64,000 nucleotides of DNA, taken from NCBI GenBank assembly GCA_963674595.2, contig CAXXFV010000004.1:224001-288000 (forward strand). The letters are read 5' to 3'. Of this stretch, positions 57,106-64,000 are shown one piece after another. Both the position numbers and the translations under genes were made by a program. The notes beneath the pieces are model-generated. The model was not told where the DNA came from and did no database searches. It saw nothing but the letters and a program-made list of their open reading frames with translations. This DNA is from a bacterium (GTDB lineage Bacteria; Zhuqueibacterota; Zhuqueibacteria; Residuimicrobiales; Krinioviventaceae). The stretch's first letter is position 1. Each line of letters begins with the position of its first letter.

Positions 57106-60100
57106 TTAAACTATTCTTTGCAAGAATTTTTTAGCTGTTTCCATGTGCTCTTCATGAGAAGAAAATTTTAATTCAAACAACAAGTCCGTTTTTTCTTGCT
57201 TTAATTCCAGGTCTTGTTCAACACCTTGAACAATTTTACTAAGCCAGGGCCGGAATTGTTCCCCCTTTGGAATATTCTGCTGGTTAAATTTTCCAACCAG
57301 TTTTCCATCTCTGAGTGAAATGGAATGCAGCTTGGCGCTTTTTGACAAAATTTTCAATAAAATATAATTAAACAAATTTTCTGCTTTTTGGGGAAGCGGA
57401 CCAAAACGATCTCTCATTTCATCAATTAAGCTTTCAACGCCTTCCACATTTTTCATCTCCACCAATCGACGGTAAATATCAACTCTTTCAGCCGGAGACT
57501 TTACGTAATAATCCGGTAAATAAGCATCTACAGCCATTTCGACCTTCGATTCAACATCCTGTTCCTTCTCTTTTGCTTCACCCACAGGTTCCAGATTTAA
57601 ATCCCGCCGCAATTCTAAAATGGTTTCTTCAATAATTTTGTTATACAACTCATATCCCAAAGCATCGACAAATCCGCTCTGCTGAGCACCAAAAATATTT
57701 CCTGCGCCGCGAATTTCCAAATCTTTCATGGCTACCTTATAACCGGATCCCAGATGCGTCAGTTCCTGGATTGTTTGCAGTCTTTTAATGGCAATTCGGT
57801 TTAACTTTTTCAAAGAAGGAATGAGTAAATAGGCATAGGCCTGCTGGTCAGAACGACCGACACGGCCCCTTAATTGATATAATTGGGCCAAACCAAATCG
57901 ATCAGCCCGGTTGACGATCAATGTATTGGCATTCGGAAAATCAATACCGGATTCGATAATCATCGTACAAATCAGACATTGTACTTTTTTTTGAGCAAAA
58001 GCGTGCATTACTTTTTCCAATTCATGGCCTTGCATTTGACCATGGGCCACGGCAATAGAAACCTCCGGTACGATGTCCCGAACAAGATTTGCAATACTGT
58101 ATATAGACTGAACCCGGTTATGAACAAAATAAATCTGACCATTCCGGTCAATTTCTTTGATAATAATTTCCCGAATCAAGTCCTTATCAAACCGGCTGAC
58201 CTCGGTTTTAATTGGCAGACGGTTACTGGGAGGAGAATTGATTAATGACATATCCTTGGCGCCGATTAAAGACATGTGCATTGTACGGGGAATTGGCGTT
58301 GCTGATAAAGATAATGTATCGACATTACTTTTTAATAGTTTTAATTTCTCTTTATGGAGGACTCCAAATCGCTGTTCTTCATCAACAATTAAAAACCCCA
58401 GATTTTTAAATTTTACATCCTCTGATAATATTCTGTGAGTACCAACGAGTAAATCAACTTCTCCGGCAGCTACGGACTTTAAAACAGCTTTTTGCTGTTG
58501 AGGAGTACGGAATCGGGAAATCATATCAACCCTTACCGGAAAAGACCTGAATCTTTCTGAAAAGGTCTCAAAATGCTGTTGTGCTAAAATTGTTGTTGGA
58601 ACAAGCACAGCAACCTGTTTGTTATCAGATATGGCTTTAAAAGCAGCCCGGATGGCAACTTCGGTTTTACCATAACCAACATCGCCGCACACCAATCTGT
58701 CCATGGGGCGATCCGACTCCATGTCTTTTTTAATATCTTCAATAGCACTGAGTTGGTCAATTGTTTCGTCATATTTAAAAGAGGCTTCAAGTTCACCCTG
58801 CCACACCGTATCTTTAGAAAAGGCATAACCCTTTTGCATTTTTCGCGTGGCATACAGTTTTATCAACTGTTCAGCAATTTCCCGAATTCGTTTTTTGGTG
58901 CGTTTTTTAAGCTTTTCCCAATGTACGGTCCCCAGTTTGTTTAGCTGAGGAACCGCACTCTCGCTTGAAGAATACTTTTGGACCCGGTCCATTTTTTCAA
59001 GGGGCACATATAACATGTCCCTGTCCTGATATTCAATCATCAGACATTCGCGTTCTTTGCCATAGGCGTCAATCTTTTTCAGTCCCATAAAAACACCGAC
59101 ACCATGATCCGTATGAACAACAAAATCTCCCCGATTAATAGATGACAGGACTTTATATGAAATGGCCCGGCTTTCTATTTTATTCAAACGAGGCGTCTTG
59201 ACACGACTATACAGCTCTTTATCCGTATAAACAAAAATATTCTCATCCGGCCAGGAAAATCCGGATTTGATTTCCAGAACATCACAGATCACTTTATCAA
59301 TTTGGTGCTGGAACAAAAGGTCTTGAAATCGCTTTTTTTGAGATTCCGACTCGCATAGCAAATAACATTTAGAGTCTTTTGTTGACACAATCTGCTTTTG
59401 AAAAAGATCAAGATTTCCGGCAAAATGCTGGCTTTCCTGAATATTGAAATCAATACATTCTTTATTTGTATAAACACGGACATTATTAATGGATTGAAAA
59501 TTTTCCTGGTTTTTTTCAAAAAGATCGAGATCTAAATAATAATCTTCAAAAGAGATCGGAAAACCGTGCTCCTGAACAAAGGATTCAAGGCGTACAGATA
59601 CCTCTTTGATTGAATCTTCCAAACTGTTTACAACAAGTGAATAATCAGAAAAAAACAAAACCGTATCATTAGAGAAAAAGTCTAGAACTGTTTTTGAGAA
59701 AGATAAACGGTCCAACGGGTGTTCATCCGGGGTACCATAAGGCCCGGCAGAACAATTCGGGAAAATCTGTATATCTTTAATTTTATCGATTGATTTTTGA
59801 GTCTCGACATCAAACAAACGAATAGATTCAACCTGGTTTCCAAAAAACTCTATGCGAACCGGATGAATATTTTCAAATAGAAAAACATCTACAATACCTC
59901 CCCTTACACTCATTTCTCCGGGTCGGTCAACCCGTTCTTCACGGACAAATCCCAGGCGTACTATTTGTTCAACAAACTTTTCAAAATCAAATTCATCGCC
60001 TACTTTTATATCGAGCATACGTTTTTGAATTTGTTCGGCATCGGCTACTTTTTCAATTAAAGCAGCGGCAGATAGGACGTAAACCTTGGACGCGGACTGC

Positions 60101-60435
60101 ATCATACTTTTCAAGGCTGTTATACGTCGGCCAACCACAGTGCTGATCGGACCAACTTCACTCCACGCCTGTCGTTGATGAGCAGGAAAAAATTCCACAC
60201 GATCCTCGCCAAGGACTGCCACCAAATCTTCATAAAATATTTTGGCTTCATCCAGACCCGGCATTATACACACGATGTCTTTTTGAATATCACCAAACAA
60301 ATTGGAGATAAAAAAAGCAGAAGAAGAGCCGGCCAGATTTTTAACCTGTAGAGACTCGTTACCGGCTATCCGGTCCAAAACCCGGCGGTAGTTTATATTC
60401 TCAGAAAAACAATTTTTAACTTTATTAGTAAACAA
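57106..60435 (-). CDS. mfd: Transcription-repair coupling factor
   Basis: RGGIVD, CarD-like RID, CGDVGYGKTE, DEEQRFGV, ATPIPRT, QLRGRVGRS, TRCF C-terminus. Confidence 0.98.
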   Translation of the reverse strand: MFTNKVKNCFSENINYRRVLDRIAGNESLQVKNLAGSSSAFFISNLFGDIQKDIVCIMPGLDEAKIFYEDLVAVLGEDRVEFFPAHQRQAWSEVGPISTVVGRRITALKSMMQSASKVYVLSAAALIEKVADAEQIQKRMLDIKVGDEFDFEKFVEQIVRLGFVREERVDRPGEMSVRGGIVDVFLFENIHPVRIEFFGNQVESIRLFDVETQKSIDKIKDIQIFPNCSAGPYGTPDEHPLDRLSFSKTVLDFFSNDTVLFFSDYSLVVNSLEDSIKEVSVRLESFVQEHGFPISFEDYYLDLDLFEKNQENFQSINNVRVYTNKECIDFNIQESQHFAGNLDLFQKQIVSTKDSKCYLLCESESQKKRFQDLLFQHQIDKVICDVLEIKSGFSWPDENIFVYTDKELYSRVKTPRLNKIESRAISYKVLSSINRGDFVVHTDHGVGVFMGLKKIDAYGKERECLMIEYQDRDMLYVPLEKMDRVQKYSSSESAVPQLNKLGTVHWEKLKKRTKKRIREIAEQLIKLYATRKMQKGYAFSKDTVWQGELEASFKYDETIDQLSAIEDIKKDMESDRPMDRLVCGDVGYGKTEVAIRAAFKAISDNKQVAVLVPTTILAQQHFETFSERFRSFPVRVDMISRFRTPQQQKAVLKSVAAGEVDLLVGTHRILSEDVKFKNLGFLIVDEEQRFGVLHKEKLKLLKSNVDTLSLSATPIPRTMHMSLIGAKDMSLINSPPSNRLPIKTEVSRFDKDLIREIIIKEIDRNGQIYFVHNRVQSIYSIANLVRDIVPEVSIAVAHGQMQGHELEKVMHAFAQKKVQCLICTMIIESGIDFPNANTLIVNRADRFGLAQLYQLRGRVGRSDQQAYAYLLIPSLKKLNRIAIKRLQTIQELTHLGSGYKVAMKDLEIRGAGNIFGAQQSGFVDALGYELYNKIIEETILELRRDLNLEPVGEAKEKEQDVESKVEMAVDAYLPDYYVKSPAERVDIYRRLVEMKNVEGVESLIDEMRDRFGPLPQKAENLFNYILLKILSKSAKLHSISLRDGKLVGKFNQQNIPKGEQFRPWLSKIVQGVEQDLELKQEKTDLLFELKFSSHEEHMETAKKFLQRIV

Positions 60436-60449
60436 GACTACTCCAAAAA

Positions 60450-61076
60450 TCAGTCAAGAATGACCATCAATTTTTCATTCCCTTGTTGATCTTTTTTAGT
60501 ATCTATCTCAACATGAACATGACTATCAAAATCCTGCAAATCTTTAACTTCCTGATCCAGGTCTCCCCCCTTCAAAGTCAACACCCGACCGTTTTCTTTT
60601 AAATGCGGATGCGACCAGATCCATAACTTTTTCAACTCACTGACTGCACGAGCCATAATAACATCATAGCGACGAGAACTCTTGAATTCCTCAACTCTTT
60701 CATTATAAACAAAAACATCTGTTAAACGTAATCTATCAATGACTTCTTTTAAAAAAAGAACCTTTATACGCTTGGACTCTACTAAATGAATTTCAAAATC
60801 AGGTTTTAATATCTTTACAGGAATTCCCGGGAAACCAGCCCCTGTACCCAGATCCATTATAAATTGATCTGTCGCTTTTAAATAATCCGCATAAACAAAA
60901 GACTCTGTAATATGCTTTTCAACAATTCGTGACACATCATTTTTAGAAATCAGATTTGTTCTTTTATTCCACTCTTTTAAAAGCTGAATATACTCTGCAA
61001 ACTGCAAAAACTGCGCATCATTAATAACAGCCTCATCTTTTAATTTTTGCAAAGCTTTTAAATTTATCTTATCCAT
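60450..61076 (-). CDS. rsmG: 16S rRNA m7G527 methyltransferase (GidB)
   Basis: WNKRTNLIS, DLGTGAGFPG, ARAV, LKG; follows mnmG. Confidence 0.96.
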   Translation of the reverse strand: MDKINLKALQKLKDEAVINDAQFLQFAEYIQLLKEWNKRTNLISKNDVSRIVEKHITESFVYADYLKATDQFIMDLGTGAGFPGIPVKILKPDFEIHLVESKRIKVLFLKEVIDRLRLTDVFVYNERVEEFKSSRRYDVIMARAVSELKKLWIWSHPHLKENGRVLTLKGGDLDQEVKDLQDFDSHVHVEIDTKKDQQGNEKLMVILD

Positions 61077-61085
61077 TATAACCTA

Positions 61086-61101
61086 TGTTTCACGTGAAAC
61101 A
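61086..61101. promoter_or_regulatory. parS: parS centromere-like site
   Basis: Perfect TGTTTCACGTGAAACA between mnmG and rsmG. Confidence 0.92.
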
Positions 61102-62982
61102 TTATTTCTTTCTTTTCCGACTTAGAAAAACCATTAAAACAGCAATATCCGACGGAGAGACGCCCAATATCCGGGATGCCTGACCCAAAGTACGGGGACG
61201 TATGCTCGATAATTTTTCTCTTCCCTCATTGGATACAGAATTCAAACAATTATAATCAAAACCATCCGGAATGATCATATTTTCCAAATCATCCATTTTT
61301 TGAACAAGGTTTTTCTGTCGCTGTAAAAACCCTTCATATTTAACTTCTATTTCAACCTGTTCTCTCACCTTATCCCAAAACCGGGTCTGTTCATTAAAAA
61401 CAGGGTGGCTGTCAAAACCAAAAAAATGAGACAGTGACAGTTCCGGTCGTTTTAGTAGTTTATCAAAAGGTTCAACCTGCAAAAGAGTCGATGAACCGGC
61501 TTTTTCAAGAATGGTATTAACATCATTAACAGAAGGACGAAATGATTTGAACAGATGAATTGTATCATCAATTTCTTTTTTGCGTTGCTGTACATCCTCG
61601 TAAATATGTTCAGGTATGGTTCCGAATTTATAACCATATTCCATAAGACGTAAATCAGCATTATCCTGACGCAGTAATAACCGATATTCTGCTCTTGAGG
61701 TAAACATACGATAGGGTTCGGTAACGGTCTTGGTTACCAAATCATCGATAAGAACACCAATATAAGCTTCGGAGCGGGGCAATACAAAAGGTCCTTCTCC
61801 CCTGTTTTTTAAAACAGCATTAATACCCGCCATAAGACCCTGAGCTGCGGCTTCTTCATATCCGGAGGTACCGTTAATCTGTCCGGCAAAATACAAATTT
61901 TCAACAGCCTTTGTCTCAAGAGTTGATTTAAGTTGTGAAGGCGGGAAAAAGTCATATTCAATAGCATAACCTAAACGTGTCAGTTTTGCATTTTCGAGTC
62001 CGGGAATTGAATGAACAGCCTCAATTTGCGTTTCTTCAGCAAGACTGGTAGCAAAACCATTCAGGTAATATTCATAGGTATCACGGCCTTCAGGTTCTAA
62101 AAAAAGTTGATGGGAATCTTTATCAGAAAATCGAACAATTTTATCTTCAATAGAAGGACAATAGCGGGGACCTACACCTTTAATCACACCTGTATAAAGC
62201 GGTGACCGATCAAGTCCCTGTTGTAATATCTCATGGGTTTTTGAGGTCGTTTTTGTCAAATAACATGGTAATTGCTCGGTGGTAATATTTTCGTGTTGAT
62301 AGGAAAACGGGACAGGGTTTTCATCACCGGGTTGAAGTATTGTAGATGCATAATTAATGGTACGACCGTCAATACGTGGCGGTGTTCCTGTTTTAAGTCT
62401 TGCAACTTCAAATCCCAAATTTAATAACTGATCAGACAATCCAACAGAAGCTATCTCACCGGATCGTCCACCCTGGATATTTTTTAATCCAACATGAATC
62501 AATCCATTTAAAAAAGTACCATTACACAGAATAACAGAATGGGCTTTTATAACAGTTCCAACTTCAGTAACAATGCCCGTTACTTTATCATTTTTTATTA
62601 CAAGCTCTTTTACATCATGTTGACGAATATAAAGATTTTCCTGGTTTTCAACATAATGTTTCATTCGCAATGAATATTCAGCCCGGTCATTTTGCGTCCT
62701 TAGCGACCAAACAGAAGGTCCTTTGGAGGTATTGAGCATTCGAAATTGAATACCGGTTTCATCCGCAACGACACCCATCTGACCGCCAAGAGCATCAATC
62801 TCTTTAACCAAATGTCCTTTGGCCAACCCACCTATGGCCGGATTGCAGGACATTTGCGCAATTGTAAATAGATTGATCGTTACCAACAAAGTCCGGGCCC
62901 CCATTTTAGAAGCGATTAAAGCAGCCTCACATCCGGCATGACCCGCACCTATAACTATAACATCATATTCTTCCAGAGTCAT
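61102..62982 (-). CDS. mnmG: tRNA uridine-5-carboxymethylaminomethyl modification enzyme MnmG (GidA)
   Basis: GAGHAGCEAA, MSCNPAIGG, LKTGTPPR, GPRYCPSIEDK, AGQINGTSGYEEAA. Confidence 0.98.
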   Translation of the reverse strand: MTLEEYDVIVIGAGHAGCEAALIASKMGARTLLVTINLFTIAQMSCNPAIGGLAKGHLVKEIDALGGQMGVVADETGIQFRMLNTSKGPSVWSLRTQNDRAEYSLRMKHYVENQENLYIRQHDVKELVIKNDKVTGIVTEVGTVIKAHSVILCNGTFLNGLIHVGLKNIQGGRSGEIASVGLSDQLLNLGFEVARLKTGTPPRIDGRTINYASTILQPGDENPVPFSYQHENITTEQLPCYLTKTTSKTHEILQQGLDRSPLYTGVIKGVGPRYCPSIEDKIVRFSDKDSHQLFLEPEGRDTYEYYLNGFATSLAEETQIEAVHSIPGLENAKLTRLGYAIEYDFFPPSQLKSTLETKAVENLYFAGQINGTSGYEEAAAQGLMAGINAVLKNRGEGPFVLPRSEAYIGVLIDDLVTKTVTEPYRMFTSRAEYRLLLRQDNADLRLMEYGYKFGTIPEHIYEDVQQRKKEIDDTIHLFKSFRPSVNDVNTILEKAGSSTLLQVEPFDKLLKRPELSLSHFFGFDSHPVFNEQTRFWDKVREQVEIEVKYEGFLQRQKNLVQKMDDLENMIIPDGFDYNCLNSVSNEGREKLSSIRPRTLGQASRILGVSPSDIAVLMVFLSRKRKK

Positions 62983-63004
62983 AAAACACCTTTTTAATCA
63001 AAAA

Positions 63005-63020
63005 TGTTTCACGTGAAACA
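63005..63020. promoter_or_regulatory. parS: parS centromere-like site
   Basis: Perfect TGTTTCACGTGAAACA between mnmE and mnmG, within a 24-bp perfect palindrome (63001-63024). Confidence 0.92.
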
Positions 63021-63022
63021 TT

Positions 63023-64000
63023 TTATTTGCCAATACAAAATGACGAAAATATATCATTTAAAATTTCATCTGTTGTTACTTCGCCTGTAATCTCTCCAAG
63101 AGCATCCAGTGAAGCTCTGAGATCAAAGGATACAAATTCAGGAGAAAAGTTTTCTTTTAACGAAGCAATGGCATTTTTTAAATACATCAATGATTTGTTT
63201 AAAGAATCATAATGTCGCATTTTTGTCAGCATGTTATTAAATTGTATATCTGGCTTGTTTGATACCAGACTTACAAGTGTATCTTCAAGAGAAGAAAAAC
63301 CAAACCCGGTTTTGGCAGAAATTTCCAATGAGGTATAATCATTAAAAATTTCTTTATATTCAGCGAATGATTGTTTATCCACAATATCTATTTTATTGAA
63401 AACGACAATCAACATTTGATCAGGTTTTATAGATGTTTTGATATATGTATCTAAAAAAGTTTTTGTTGAATTTATATCAGGCAGAGACGAATCAACAATC
63501 AGTAAAATAATGTCAGCATTCTTTAAAATCTGATTAGACCGGTTAACTCCTTTATTTTCAACAAGATCATCAGTGTCTCTAATTCCAGCCGTGTCTGTTA
63601 CTTTAAACAAAAAACCTTTTATATCAAGAGATTCTTCCAAAGTATCCCGGGTTGTTCCAGGAATTGAAGAAACAATAGCACGGTCTTGTTTTAATAACAT
63701 ATTTAAAATACTAGACTTACCAACATTTGGCTGACCAACAATTGCAATATGTGCGCCTTCTCTTAATAATCGGCCGTGTATAAAGGAAGAGGATAATTTT
63801 TCCAACTCTGTTTCAAGTTTGACAAGATCATTTAATAAATCATCTCGTTTAGCAAATTCAATATCTTCTTCAGAAAAATCCAATTCAATTTCTAAAAGCG
63901 AGCATTGTTTTTTTATGTTATCTTTTAGTTCATGTATGGTATCAGATAACTTGCCTTCCAATTGTGAAACCGATAATCGCAAATTAATATTTGTTTGAGC
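63023..64000 (-). CDS. mnmE: tRNA modification GTPase MnmE (5' part outside the window)
   Basis: GQPNVGKSS, GTTRD, DTAG, NKID, C-terminal FCIGK; the frame stays open to the window edge. Confidence 0.97.
   Translation of the reverse strand, partial: AQTNINLRLSVSQLEGKLSDTIHELKDNIKKQCSLLEIELDFSEEDIEFAKRDDLLNDLVKLETELEKLSSSFIHGRLLREGAHIAIVGQPNVGKSSILNMLLKQDRAIVSSIPGTTRDTLEESLDIKGFLFKVTDTAGIRDTDDLVENKGVNRSNQILKNADIILLIVDSSLPDINSTKTFLDTYIKTSIKPDQMLIVVFNKIDIVDKQSFAEYKEIFNDYTSLEISAKTGFGFSSLEDTLVSLVSNKPDIQFNNMLTKMRHYDSLNKSLMYLKNAIASLKENFSPEFVSFDLRASLDALGEITGEVTTDEILNDIFSSFCIGK

Noticed and set aside
63375-63383. Perfect DnaA box TTATCCACA
   Set aside because: A single copy inside mnmE coding sequence; one 9-mer in 64 kb of AT-rich DNA is expected by chance.
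1-64000. CRISPR arrays, tRNA/rRNA genes, prophage or integrase genes
   Set aside because: Intergenic gaps are short, and I saw no spaced direct repeats, cloverleaf motifs or phage and recombinase proteins.

Overview
AT-rich bacterial chromosomal segment. Every credible gene lies on the minus strand. Gene content (NYPNPFN/FlgD-Ig T9SS-like C-terminal domains, a PorV/PorQ-family barrel, DUF4159/DUF4175, hrcA-grpE-dnaJ, mfd followed by three PPIases) points to an FCB-superphylum lineage such as KSB1 or Calditrichota; this is inference. The right end (mnmE-mnmG-rsmG with two perfect parS palindromes) suggests an origin-proximal location. The left ~12 kb holds a selenocysteine peroxiredoxin (in-frame UGA plus SECIS-like hairpin), secreted enzymes and carbohydrate-active proteins. 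The most unusual element is a ~18 kb locus (14.7-32.5 kb). In transcription order it contains a sigma54-like promoter with a structured leader, a small secreted protein duplicating the N-terminal domain of the next gene, a 3386-aa Ig-repeat surface protein with a T9SS-like CTD, and a PorV-like barrel fused to TPRs. It continues with a membrane protein fusing RsbW-like kinase, periplasmic sensor, HAMP, PP2C phosphatase, IS481-transposase-like HTHs, an acidic tract and TPRs, and ends with a STAS protein carrying the same HTH. No sigma factor is present in the locus, so it looks like a trans-envelope partner-switch with a possible direct DNA-binding output. Two homopolymer frameshifts split the last two genes, most likely assembly errors. 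Also notable is a comEA / pilin-like / PilM-like / fused PilN-PilO cluster downstream of dnaJ. All family assignments come from reading motifs by eye; no searches were run.
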